A stretch of DNA of 63,614 nt, filler included, from Phoronis australis (lineage: Eukaryota; Animalia; Phoronida), in the NCBI GenBank assembly GCA_002633005.1. It is 5 parts of 5 records of this genome, joined end to end, with 100 filler letters (N's around TTAATTAATTAA, not from the genome) between each part and the next. Parts side by side here need not be neighbours in the genome. Positions count along the whole stretch, not along the records: positions 31,264 to 41,112 come from NMRA01001785.1; positions 41,213 to 47,547 come from NMRA01001720.1; positions 47,648 to 60,979 come from NMRA01000970.1; 2 more parts are not named here. One strand, 5' to 3'. A program made the position numbers and the translations under genes. The stretch's first letter is position 1. Each line of letters begins with the position of its first letter. Positions 39,860 through 52,724 of the stretch are shown here, piece after piece. Below the pieces are notes generated by a model, which saw only the letters and a list, made by a program, of their open reading frames with translations, was not told the origin of the DNA and did not search any database.

Positions 39860-40900
39860 AAAATGGCCACTAGATGGCGCATTATACGTCGTAGTCCAAT
39901 CCATCCGAAAAGGCGTCGTCGTTTGTTGTGAAGTTTATATAAGTGCATCTGTTGAATTTAAGATCCTGCTGAGGGTTTAGGAGATAGCCTACAGCCATGA
40001 ACGTAAAAAGCTGCCACTAGGAGGCGCCACAAGTGTCGAGGTCATCCGAAAACCATCGCCAACCCTCTTCTTCACATTAGGAACATACATGTACACCAAA
40101 AACCATCGTCCAGTTCACATTAGGAACATACATGTACATGCCAATTTCCACAATCATCCTTAGAATGGTTTGGTTTACAGAGAGGCAGATGCTAACTGAT
40201 TAAAAACAGTAAAAAGGCAACTAGGTGTCACAAAATGCATCAAGGTCAAGTGAAAGCCGGACGAGAGCGTAATCTCACTAACAGATGTCTATCAGCCAAT
40301 TTTTATGAAAATCTGTTGACGACCTTTGAAGAAACAGAGTTTGAAACTTAAAAAACTAAAAGTACTACAAGGAGCATACCACTAGTTCAATACGTCCGAA
40401 AGTTGTCGTCCTCTGTTGTCAACTTCTTATTAGTACACCATCAAAATTCAATAAAGGTCCTTCGGAGCGTTTCGGAGATACAGCCATGGGCGCAAAAACA
40501 AACAAAACTATCACTAGGAGGTGCCACATTAGTCGAAGTCGCCGGAAAGTTATCCCAAGAGGGGTTTTGTTGATAGAAGGACGGACGCCAAAACAAACTC
40601 GAAAACAGTGAAAATGGCGACTAGGTGACGCAAAGTAGCTCGATCCCATTCAAAAAACGGGAGGATGGCATCATCTCACTAACTGCGTAACTGACAAATT
40701 TTATGAAAATCCGTTGAGGACCTCCGAAGATACAGAAGTAAACGTAAAAAAATCCACTAGGGGTCACACCACTGGTGCTTTGGAGAGGTCAGAAACTCGT
40801 CGTCATCCGTTGTAAACTTCATAGAAACAAATCTGTGAAATCTCATCAAGATCCTGTTAGGATTTTAGTAGATACTTCTGCGGACGCCGGACGCCCAGAC
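39860..40900. repeat. Degenerate tandem-repeat element with recurring CTCF-like cores
   Basis: Recurring CCACTAGATGGCGC, CCACTAGGAGGCGCCAC, TCACTAGGAGGTGCCAC and CCACTAGGGGTCAC. Blocks AATTTTATGAAAATC.GTTGA and TTCACATTAGGAACATACATGTACA each occur twice. Confidence 0.6.
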
Positions 40901-41112
40901 ATACAATGTAGATGACGGCAATAAGCGACCACATGTAAATACGTAGGAGCATAAAATGCATGACATCCGGAACGTGTTAACAACGTAGACAGATGATGTC
41001 CTTACATCAAAGCAGACAAGAACATACCAATATAGCAAAGAGACGAAACATCGTGGGAAAGAAACACCAGTGGTCGTATAATAAAACAAACATAAATCGA
41101 TCCTTCTAGCCC

Positions 41113-41212
41113 NNNNNNNNNNNNNNNNNNNNNNNNNNNNNNNNNNNNNNNNNNNNTTAATTAATTAANNNNNNNNNNNNNNNNNNNNNNNNNNNNNNNN
41201 NNNNNNNNNNNN
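41113..41212. other. Artificial scaffolding spacer
   Basis: 44 N + TTAATTAATTAA + 44 N. Confidence 0.97.
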
Positions 41213-41935
41213 TCAGAAGGTCTACAGTCATGATGTGCATCAACAACTGGAATTCTCTTCCAGTCTCTGTTAAGGAAAGCAACTCTTTGACGAGTATAAA
41301 AAATAATTTTAGAACTGTTTTTCATAATTTTGATAACTCAACACCCTTGACTCAATTCTCCCTTACCCGCGATAACGAAATAGCATTGTACAGATCAAGA
41401 TGTGGCCTTTTCCTCAACACTGACAAGTTCAGGCACAACTTAACTAATGTCTCTACAAACTGTAAATGTGGTGACCATCGATCTTATCCTCATATTTTCT
41501 TCAAATGTCCCCTCATCGAATTCCTGAGAGACTCACTCTTTCGTGCACTCAGTGATAACCAATTAATTGTTAACGCTCTCAATTCTTGTAATAATATCCC
41601 TACTAGAGTTACATTGTTATTGAATGGTAGTCCTAACCTTGACTTCGTTCTCAACGAATTCCTCCTAAGCAACGTTAACAAATTTCTATGTACCGTTTAT
41701 CAATATTGTTGCATCTGATTTCCCTACATGAATCTGTAAATATTTTTGTTTTTATATATCTGTAATAACATGTCTAAGTATTGGAATACTTATTTTAGAT
41801 ACTACTTAATTGTATATACCTCTATGTAAATAAGTTTCATTTATGAATTGTTTACAACCCAGATATAATGCTTCGCGGTTTCTGTGTTTGTTATTATTTC
41901 TTTGTATGTTCTGTGTATCCTTCAATAAATATATA
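41213..41935 (+). mobile_element. CR1/L2-like LINE 3' end with 3' UTR
   Basis: Uninterrupted frame INNWNSLPVSVK...LNTDKFRHNLTNVSTNCKCGDHRSYPHIFFKCP...LLLNGSPNL, with the WN.LP motif and a terminal C-x-C...H...CP knuckle. AATAAA lies near 41924. Confidence 0.85.
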
Positions 41936-42619
41936 TCACAGTGAAAAAGTAATTGACTAAGCTAACTACAAGTAACATAACTACAGCTTACTAGCTCACT
42001 CAAATCAATGTTCTTGCCTCGCTGCCACTGCATGGGATCAGTCCTTGTAAAATCTGGGTAAAACTGCGATGATGGAACGAAATTTTTTAATTTGCAACTG
42101 TATGAAGCCTGCAAATGGATGTCACCAAGCGTTATGCCTTATGTGTTTGGGATTGGATAAGCTCCACCCTGGAATATGTAAAATGTACACCTCCCTGTTG
42201 AAGGGCTGAATTTCTGAACAAAATGACATTTTCATTCATCACCATGCTTCTAATATGTTACAGTGTATGTAAGCTTTCTGATTTAACCTTACATGTTATC
42301 ATTATTCTTTTGGAGGCCATTTTAATACTTAAATTTCCGTGCTCAAGTCAAAAGATCTGCCAACAACTGCATTATCACGGATGACACTCAAGGTGTGGTG
42401 TTCGCGCGAAGTAAACTTATTTAAGGTAGAGGAATAAATACACAACCTGACGCTATTAAGGCGTTTCTGAACTCAAACTAATGTTGGCACCCATGTTGTT
42501 GGTTCAGTGATTTTCATGATGATGCAACACCTTTCTAAGCGGCCTAGTTCCACTTTTACCTTCCCCCAGTTGTATCTGGATTTTGTATTCCCCATAAATA
42601 CATTGACAACACTTCATTT

Positions 42620-43050
42620 CATATGGTAAAGGAAGCTCTCCGTGAGCGCATTGAGAGTCCCTCTTTAAATAAAAGAGGCGGTTTAAGATTCGATTTGTCG
42701 CAAGTATGGAATGGTGTTCTGACGTCAATGCCGCGCCTTCTGGTCAAAACGCCATCAATTGGCCAGAATAACGATAACGTCACAGGCCCAGCTGAAGTCC
42801 GTGAAATGCGGACACAACGTCGCTAATTTTTGTAAGTTTTTGTTCCAGTATTAGACTCAAACTTTATTTTCCTAAGTATTGTCAATCATTGCCAAGTCTA
42901 ACAGTTTCAATATAATATGACGGTCGCGGCCTCCAGCACCTACAGTTCTGTCCAAGGAAGTGTGCACTCTATGGCACCACATTCATATCCCTTTGCACGG
43001 TGGCTAAGTTCTCTTTTAAAGTCTTGATAGACTCACTCACCTAATTCCGT
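42620..43050 (+). mobile_element. Penelope-like element fragment (GIY-YIG tail, decayed hammerhead position, following RT-like piece)
   Basis: VKEALRERIESPSLNKRGGLRFDLSQVWNGVL is a PLE endonuclease tail. The hairpin TCCGT-GAAAT-GCGGA followed by ACGTCGC lies at about 42797-42823, and SYPFARWLSSLLK follows downstream. Confidence 0.75.
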
Positions 43051-43419
43051 TCTAAAAGAGCTCGTGGGCGAAACGACGGCACGCAGTAAAAGAATTTGTG
43101 ACGTCTGCAACATTGCTTATATTGAAGACGAGCTTTGTTTTATCTGTCAGTTCCCTGTCCTGGGTGATGTTCGCCAAATTTTGTTTCAAGGTCACGATCC
43201 TTGGAAATTACAAAGTATGGCGCTCTAAGCATTTGCAGAACTAAGCTTTTATTATTGCAATGTTGTGCAAACTGTATTATGGGATCAATAGAATAAACAT
43301 TTCTAATTATGAATGAACGATAAATTCTATAATAAGTATTGTGCCTAAGAGCCACCCGGCTTCGATAAGGCTTACAATACTGTTGCAATTATACGATAAT
43401 TAATTAACAACAGCATGGA

Positions 43420-44290
43420 AGAGCAGCAACAGGAAATGTTATAGTTAGTTACCATACATGTACACTGGAGTTCCAGATTGAAAAGGCATCCCTGACATAT
43501 TTAGCAAAAGAACGTATAGTAAACATGGGACAAAAAATTTTACTGTTAAAAATAATTTGGGCCGGGTCCAGGCTAAATGTAGTGTGAATAGCATCAAACA
43601 CTTTTTCTCTATTATCGTCATATACACAGCAGTGAAACAAAAAATGAAACTCATCCTCAGCTCCTCCTGAGCAGTAAAAATCACTGTTGTGCTGCAATGG
43701 ATTTACTCCCACTGCGGCATCAGCGGCAACGAAGAAGCAGACAGACTCTCCACGGCAGGAGGCAAACTGGAGCAGAGTGCGCACCCATCATCGTATGGAG
43801 AAGTAAAAACTATCCTACAAAGTCACTTTAAAAATGCCTGGAGAGAATGCCTAAGCCACGTCTGGGGACGGAAGAAGACTGTCTACTACTTCAACCGGCA
43901 AGAACAAGTGACTTCTTCAGGCTACGAACTGGCTGCTCTCTCCCTTGCATCGCCTGAAAATCTCTCACACAGACGAACCGCAGAATTTGCCAAGAAGAAA
44001 TCTTGATTGACACATCTTACAGATTCTCTTTAGTCTCAATATCTATTTACAAAACTCATTTTTTTTTACATTTTCAACCAGGCTGATAAGCTGTCACACT
44101 GTAGGTACTACGTTATTATATAGGAGTCAAATAGTTCAAAGTACAAAGTGGTCAGACAAGAGCAGTTTACCTAAGATAAACTTGCTTTAATCATATTCCC
44201 TACGTTTTGCACCTAACAGCGTCTGACCCGCTTAAGTCCATGTGAAAATATGATGCCAAGGTATTTAGCGAGACAGACGTTCAATGTTCT
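43420..44290 (-). mobile_element. LINE remnant (post-RT region), interrupted by an RNase H fragment
   Basis: KYLGIIFS...LFDSYI...FCK*IL at about 44270-44030, and CSGGAEDEFHFLFHCCVYDDNREKVF at about 43680-43600. Confidence 0.7.
43684..43975 (+). mobile_element. RNase H fragment of an I/Ingi/Nimb-type LINE
   Basis: VVLQWIYSHCGISGNEEADRLS matches the LINE RNase H motif LQW(V/I)P(S/G)H.GI.GNE.AD.LA. Confidence 0.85.
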
Positions 44291-47200
44291 TGCCTTCTAA
44301 GAAACATTTCACGCGTTACATAGAATGTTTCATAGCGATTGTGGGTTGTGATATCGAGATTACTGATGTGCAAAAGTACTTTGACGATGGTGAATAATCA
44401 TGCAAACCCAAAGGACTTTCTATGGTACGCCTTCGCCAAATCTGTCGGTGATGAGTGAGGCGTCGATAATGTGGTGCTGTAGGAACAGAACGCAATTGAC
44501 ATATTTTATGATTTTCTTTGAATTGATAAAAATCATAATCAATAACATGTTTTAATTATTAACAGTTTATTCATTCAAAATTGGCAAACAGCAGCTTAGT
44601 TTAAACTAGGAAATTGTTTTTCCGTGTTGGCGTAGGAATTTTGTTTACCAAAGCAATATACCTTCCTTAGTACTCAATAGATGTGAGTAGACGCTGATTT
44701 ATACCTTACTTTGGGAAACATTAACAACTGATGAAAAATACGACAAAGAACACATAGAAAGTACTGAAAGCACTTCACACTACAACGACTGCGTTCTTCG
44801 TGTGCTTGCACATAAAAACAAAGATTCTAACACAGGACTCTATGAACAGCTGCATACAGACAGTCTGATATATCCCATTAATTAAATGTCATAAATAATC
44901 CTGATAAGCTGATAACCTTTGACATCTTTTGACCTCGAAAACATAGAATAAGCACACTCATGTTTCGTTTCCTAATAAAATTTTGACCAGGAAACTACAT
45001 TAAAGTAACGAATTAAAAGAACATCGTCCTATGGTCTAGAACATTTCGACGGCGCTCCTTTCCCATAGTACCAGGTAGGCATACCTTAAACCTCCGGCAA
45101 ACCTGAAATAGCTTGTCACGTAAAATACATCCGGGTGAAATGTTTATAGAATTAATCGAAACTTCTAGCATCTCTTTTAATTGCACTGTCTTTTAGATAT
45201 GCAAAAAGCTGAGATTTCATCTGCATGACTGAATAAAAGTGTAATACTGTTCGTTTTTCGGGCAGTGAAACACTCCGTCAAGCATTCAGTCTGTAACGAG
45301 ACGCATGACGTCTTACGCTAATGTTTGGTGTTTTCTATTTCCAACGTCTAAACGTGCCTAAATCAGACTGTGACTAGCCCGTCTTTATCAATTTACAAAT
45401 CAATGCTCTTAGCTTAGCCGCGATGTTGTTCGTTAATTTCTCTCATAATGCATCTATTTTAAAAATTCGGCAACTATGTACTTCGCAGGGTACCTGGTGG
45501 TAAACAGAGCACTCGTCCACTTGCATGAAAATCCTGTTCGCGTAACATTTGCCTGTTTATTCTAAACTGACCTCCTTTATCAATAAAAATATCTCACGTT
45601 TCCGAATCTTTGAAATGTGCAGCTCCACGTGGCCACCGTTATACCGGTCCCAAAGCTTCGTGGTTGTATTAGGGTAACATGCCGCCCCGGCAAAAATAAG
45701 CTCTGAGTCCATCCATGGAAAGTTAAAAGATCACCTTACGTAAGATCTCTTCAAACTCGGCAATATTAAACATTAAATTGGCCCAGAGAGTCTTCAATGC
45801 AACAAATTCGTTGGCCTGCTGTATGCCTAATCTTATAATAAATAGGCTAGCGTGAATTGGCGTGTAACGAGTGGTACAGTAGCATCTCCTTTAGATCCTG
45901 TCCTGGGGTAGATGTATACGGCTCAGTGTATTTGCTTTGAAGGTATTGATTGTAGATGTGCAGAGTTTTTCTTTATCCATGCAACTGCGTCATCTTTTTA
46001 ATATCGGCCGTTTTCTTAGACAGTCACACTGCAACGAGCTTTATCTTTTTCACCACATACAACTTGATAACAAAGCCCAATCTCAGTAGCAACCTTGACA
46101 TATCGTTGGCTACTGATACCAATGGATATACACGAATAAACTAGCCACAGAGCGTATGGCAACAATTGGTCAGTCGGGTATTGCTGAACGTGCTCAATAT
46201 TACATTTTTTCAAAGAGTACTGAAATTTGAAAGCCTTGTGGCTGCCTCGACTTATATGCTATATGTGGTAGCGTTGTTTGAGCCATTTTATCTGTGCCAA
46301 TTTTTGTTTACAATCTCGAAATCAATTCATTGAATTTGGCCATGGGGTGTTATCCATGTGCCTGTTTAATGGGGCTATTCGGAAAATCTACAATAACTAG
46401 AGGGCGTGCGTGTACTAGTGGTGATAGATTAACAGCCTCGATTTCGCGTGCCCTTTGAATACATGGTGAAATGGCTTGCAGCCGTGCCAACTGAATCGGA
46501 GATTGCGTAAAAAGGGTGCTTCTATGAGAGGAAGTAAGCACGACCTCATACAAAGGTAAGGTTTGTGATTATTTTAACGATTATTCCATAATTATTCTAC
46601 CGATGCCTGTTAACTGAGGCACTCGCCGATGTCGACTTCGCGGCAGTCAGTCGCCAGCCAGAGTCTGGTTAAATCTTTCTATGTTGTGATATGTGATACG
46701 ATACTTGACGTAGCAATCGGGATCTTTTCGTACATCAAAGCATTGTTATTGTTTGGAATGATTTCTAAAAGTTTATCAGTGACAGTTACATCAATCAATG
46801 CTGAATGTTTATGCTGTCAACTCGATACAGGTTAATGAGTTAAGATTACAATCCAATCCCAATGGCAAAGGGTACGTGAGTGCTAAATATCCATTGCGTT
46901 AGACTATTTGTTTACTCCCTATCATGTGTCTTCTGGAAATCTATTACACGTTGAAATGGAAATCTACCACGTCAGTTTTCACGTAACCTTTGGTTTTTAT
47001 GTTTGAAGGCTTGTACCGTGCAGAGGAGATATGCATCGCTTCTGCACTGTCCCTGAATGGACAAAAATTGGTTTTTAGCATTTGACTGCAGCTAACCAAC
47101 AAGATCTTCCCATCCAGTACAGATCTGTTGTCAAAGCCTACTTTCAATATTTGAGACAACGAACAAAGCCTTTGAAAAGGAACAGCTATTTTTAAAGTCA

Positions 47201-47547
47201 TTTTGTTAAATTACTTATTCAGGTCCTGAGGGGGGATTGGCATGGGGGGTTGTAATATTTGGTACAACTGAATGTGTGAAAATAACAGGTAATACATGTT
47301 TGGGGAAAAGAGCATGGTGAGGTAATTCTTAACTTTCACGAAGTCCCTTCAACTGAGTTGATTTCATGAAACTGTTTTGCTACTTGTATCAATTGTAAAA
47401 CCACGAAAATATATTACATTTTCCGAATTCACAGTGACTGAATAGTCTTAACTCATGCCTTGAAATGTTGCAAGTCGTTATAAATTCAAATGACTGCCAT
47501 TTTTGTGAAAATTGCATTTTTGATGGTGCCTTACGATTTGTAATTAC

Positions 47548-47647
47548 NNNNNNNNNNNNNNNNNNNNNNNNNNNNNNNNNNNNNNNNNNNNTTAATTAAT
47601 TAANNNNNNNNNNNNNNNNNNNNNNNNNNNNNNNNNNNNNNNNNNNN
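47548..47647. other. Artificial scaffolding spacer
   Basis: 44 N + TTAATTAATTAA + 44 N. Confidence 0.97.
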
Positions 47648-48814
47648 TTGAGGTAAAAGAGTGATTTCAGGGGGAGTGATGGACATGAAATGGAGCATTT
47701 GCTTGTTAATTTTTAAGACTCCGAATCGACTAATGTTGTTTGCAGCATGACTCGATTCGAGCTGACAGTGAGTCGAAACACGAGTAGGTTTCCCCAAAAT
47801 TTATTTTTGAAGCTGCAAACTCATTTGCCAAGTTGGCGAATGGACTTAGCTATACCATCGCCAGTGCCACTCAGAATTCAGCAATGGTGGCAAACGGCTA
47901 GCACAAGCCTAGACTGTCCATATTAGAATGACCTAATTATTCTAATGCAGGCAAATCCCGATCCAGTCTGTAGTATCACCATCAGATATCACAACTTAAT
48001 TTCACGACACTGAACACATTAGAATGTATGACTCATTATCATGAAGAAGTTTTCCGTACAAACACCCAGTTCCGCAGATTATACTATACCGAATTGAAGG
48101 CATGCAGCAAGACAAGCTTTTGGCATCATGCTTCTATTGCTGTGGAGTCTTCATCAGCGGTTAACGAGGTACAACAGCATGCAATAGCATACACACCACA
48201 ACTACAAGAGAAATGTTATGAACTGTTGCTAAACTCAATAAGTAATAAAGGAAGGCATTGCAACAAGATGAGTACTAAATGGCACAAAATCCATTAACTG
48301 CTGAATAACAACTGTACAATATTCTCCATGAGAACTGGTAACAACAGTGACAACCAACTTAAGTGTTTACTTTAGTAATATCTTAATCACTGCAGGGCTT
48401 CCTGGTAGTTATTATAGCACATATAGCCTCAGCATATTTCGCGTATTTTTTAAATTATTGAAGTATCATTTTAGTCGACTTACCTAACTGAAACGGCGAA
48501 AGTCCTTGGCACAACTGCCCCAACTTCGTACAGCCTTGAGCTGACTGTTCGTCAAAGTCAACGGAAGGGATCCATCTTCCAAAATCTTATTCACATCACT
48601 CTCTATGTACTTGCGACCATGCATCTTTGCAAAAAAACGTCTGAAATATTCGTGTTCGTAGCAAACGACTCAAATGTCTCACTGTAGCGTACAGAATTGC
48701 CGTGGGAAGATATTTCACGCTCTCAAAACCGGATGTATACATTCCTGGCCAATCTGCTCATGCGCAAAGTCGGAGTGGGAAGAAATAATCACTGGGAAGA
48801 AATTTTACGCTACA

Positions 48815-51198
48815 CCGTATTCGCCGTAATAACCGCCCAGGGCGCTAAGAAAAGCTCGGTTCAGGGCGCTTATTACAACCCAAAGCGGTTGAAATCCGGT
48901 CTCCGAAACGGGTGATTCATCAAATTTACGCTCTGTGACGTATCTGTAATCTATGAAAGACTTTCTACAAAACTATGGTGCATTGCTAACAAACCTTGCT
49001 GCTAAATTACGATTATTTTACAAAAATTGTTGTGAAATCCGAGGGCGAAAACTCGCCGACTGACTGCCTCAAAATCGTCGTGGTCGATATGACGACTTCA
49101 ATGCTTAGTTAATTTCGACTCAAGTAATTAAATCATAACTTACGTGAAATCCTCACTAAGTTTTCCAAGTAGCGTCCCTAAGATTTTTTTAAGTTATTCC
49201 CGTGGAGTTGGGAATGATTGCAGGTTTAAGTAGAAATCTGTGCTCAGTGACATCGTTCCATGTATGATCGGCAACACGAGAAAAATGTCTGGACGCACAC
49301 ATGTTGTTGCCAGGTTGTGAAGTTTGTCTGCGTAGTGTGAGTAAGCGAGCGCGTGCGTGTCACCAGAGTTCATTTGCAAAAGCAGAGGCCGTCTTTTGGC
49401 CAGAGCCACGCAATCTAACGAGCTAGATGTGCATTGTGACAAAAGAAATTTGCACAAGCAGTAGGCCTAAACCAGAGCGTGTTTCATTCTGCAGTTGCCG
49501 ATCTCGATGCTAAAAACGTTCGATATTTGTCTCGGTAAGGCCCATATTATTCGCCGTGTAGCTGGATGCGTACGTAACTATCTGACAGTTATTTTTAGGT
49601 GTAAGGGTGTGTAAGCATTCACTGTCAGTTACCATCTATCGGATATTTGGCTTAAAAGCACCAATTATGGTTTATCAAACAATCCATCTCAGAAATAACG
49701 CGAACATTTTTATAGTATTAGAAATTGTCGGAAATAAGTGCCAAAATTCATTTCTTGCCGATGCTTTGCTACCCGTTTCATGAACTTAATGAGGGTCAGC
49801 CTCCTCAGGGGCGACTGCTTCCCTTACCCAGTTACCCGCTGTCCCTCATGACAAAGCCTTCCTAACAATAGCTCAGTGGAGAGCCAGCCAACCACACAAA
49901 TCGCTAGTGCAGTATTACGTAATCATTGACAAGGCCTTGAGAACACATCAGAGTAGAATTCACCTTTATAACTACTTAGGAGGAATTTATTCAAAAATTT
50001 AGTTCCATGCTGCTAAGTCTTGATTAAACCCGATCATATACAGTCATGGATCGGCAAAAATTGATGCACAGCTTGCGAGAAACAAAGAACTGGTGACAAT
50101 TTAGCGTTGAGGCATTAGTACGCAGGTTACACGGCTTGAGTCCCATTTTTTTCAGTTTTGTTGAATAAACGTTTCAAACATGGATATTCTCCATTCAGAT
50201 CTCTTGAACATCATTCTCTCGATAAATTTGCCAATTACGGTAATTGAAAGAATGTCGACCATTTTTAATTGTCTCAGTGAGAACTCTTTCCACGCGAGCA
50301 TTTAAAATTGGGTAATAAACTTCAGCATCGACTTGTAAAGTCAGAACCAGTCCTGTTTTAGAAATAGGCAATATTGGCCGTCCGAAACTCGTGAAATGTG
50401 CCGAGAAAGTCGGCAAAAATTGACGCTGTCCGAAATCTTAGAATTAATGCGATCGGGTGTCGACAAATTTTCTATTCCGTTTTAGACGGCTTGAACTTGC
50501 GCGCAGATTTGTGATAGTTATTGCTGACGCGAGCATAAACAGAGATGTTGCTGACCATGAACAGAAGCGACTCCCAAAACTTTGTGATAGGAAATAAGGT
50601 TTATATTTGTCGTGTAACGACACGCCTTGACTGATTATTCGTAATATCCTTTGGTGCGCAACGAAGTTCCCGTTAACTGTTCGATAACCAAACACAAAAG
50701 ACTGCAGATGATACATGTAACCCTGTTTTGTTTCTGGGGCAGCGCGTGCGACATACTTATGAGTCGGGATATTTCCCGACTGATGCCTTTGATGACAGGT
50801 TCATGTATCGAGCACGCGCTTCCTGGCCACGTGCGTTTAACACCAAGTTATTTTTATTCATGAGACCGTCGATGTGCCTGTACTGAAAGGTCAGACCATA
50901 AGCGGGACACGTTCGTCGCGAGAGTAGCAACGCTTGCGTTTTTTTGAAGCGTGTCGTTACTTTGGAGCGTATAGTCACGGCTAAATACAAACGTACATGT
51001 AGCAGTGCCGCTGGTGGTCTAGAAGACCCGCGCAAACATTTTTTGATAAATTGAAGACGTTACTGTAACCGAGTTTTCGGACTTTGCGCACGTCATTGTT
51101 CGCATGTACACGTTCATGGACTGGGCGCTTATTTCAGCGAAGTCTGATAACGCGTGGGGGCGCTTATGGGGCATGGGCTGTTATTACGGCGAATACGG
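48815..51198. mobile_element. Non-autonomous Tc1/mariner-pogo-type TIR element (about 2.4 kb)
   Basis: 25-bp TIRs CCGTATTCGCCGTAATAACCGCCCA and TGGGCTGTTATTACGGCGAATACGG (1 mismatch), subterminal GGGCGCTTAT repeats, and flanks CA (left) and TA (right). No transposase ORF was recognised inside. Confidence 0.8.
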
Positions 51199-51927
51199 TA
51201 GTACCGCCTCACCCACCCCGCTTGCAGGGACTCGGCCAAAAGAAAAATGGAGAATTTCGAGACTACGCCATGGAAATACGCTCTGTGTTATGTCCATATG
51301 CCATGGGCCCGAGGAAACTGAATAGCGTGCCTGACCTTGGATGCGCAATCATGATTTTCACATCTTATACCATGTTCAAACTTATAACTAACTTTTAAAA
51401 TAGTACCTGAGACACAGCTGATTTGCTTTTTGTTAAGTATATTGCAGGCTTCTTGCAGATATTGTCCAAAACGCTATTTTACGGAGTTTTTAAGATTCTG
51501 ATCCACTCTTTTGTGAGCATTTATGTGGAAATTTTCTCGCTTACGCTGGTCACCGCTCAGATTTTCTTAGCCCCAAACAACTTTAACGATGCCTATTCAG
51601 CTCGCCCTTTGTATTGATGTAGACCTGAACTAATGAAGTCTAAAGGTAATAACTTACACTACGGTCTCAACAATCGTGTTTGTTATTACACCCAAACAGG
51701 TTTTCTCTGGCATTATCACAGAGTTACATCCTGCAGCTGTGGAGAGTAGTTTTAAGTTGGTACACAATATGACTAAGAATGTTATTTCGTTTTTTTCTTC
51801 ACAAAAACGCACTTTCCAAAAAGGAACGATGGTTTTGAAAATTGTTTAATACCAGTTTTTGGTATTCGATTTCTTTTTTAATACTCCTGTCTACTTGGTT
51901 TTTCTCATATTGGGAACGGATTGATAA

Positions 51928-52724
51928 TGTCAGAATAAATATTGATTAAGTAATTAGTAAGAATAGATCCATTTTAAGTTGCCCAAAATTTGTGCATATA
52001 TACTTTTAAATCATGGGGTCAGACTTGTTGACATGTATTTTAACGACAAAATCTATTTTTAGATGGTGTTTACAACTTTGGGTTCTGGGTTCAAAGTACT
52101 CTAGAGATTCTAGAATATTCTGAGAACAAATTGTAACAGCCAATAATACGAGTGGATATGATCATGTGGTTTTCATTAGCCAATCACTAAATAAGTAGAA
52201 TGTTATATTATGGGCTGAAATCATCAATATAATCAGATGCGCTAAAGTAGTTGAAGCATAAAGACTTGCTACAGTGTACAGAAGCAGTTGTACGACAGAG
52301 CCATCTCGTGAAAGATTCTAGAAAGGATCTTGGCAAGGGCAAGGGTTAACAAACCGGAAGTTAACTAAGAGCTTGTCACTTGCATTGTGGGTAGTAAGAT
52401 ACTACCTGAAGTGTTGCGTCATCAGCCAGAGACTGTGACCAGCAAGAAGATTCGCGGGTAGAAGAAATTGCCTGCAAGTGTTGCATCACCAGAGACGGCG
52501 ACCAGCAAGTACACTGTCGCTATACAGTATGTGTGTAGTTCGAAGATTCACCAAACAGGACAGACATCCAACAAGTGGAGAGTCCTAGCTTGGATAGCAG
52601 ATAAGACATTTGATCGTTTGGTTGTTTGATTAAAGTAATCTTTAAAGAGGGCGCTAGCGTAGTTTCTCTTTGTAGTTGATTATTAATTAACAATAGGTTT
52701 CATTTGTCTAATTAGGGGTTATCA
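51928..52724 (+). mobile_element. Probable solo LTR (about 800 bp)
   Basis: Starts TGTCAG at the exact homology boundary shared with the 34365-34855 copy. The candidate end is ...GGGTTATCA, with flanks GATAA and TATAA (near 5-bp TSD). The right end is uncertain. Confidence 0.55.

Noticed and set aside
47975-48050. C/D box snoRNA on the minus strand (ATGATAA...CTGA)
   Set aside because: The C box is imperfect, there is no convincing terminal stem, and I recognised no rRNA antisense element.
49765-49812. Hammerhead-like CTGAGGA...GAAA on the minus strand
   Set aside because: There is no stem I pairing and stem II is weak.
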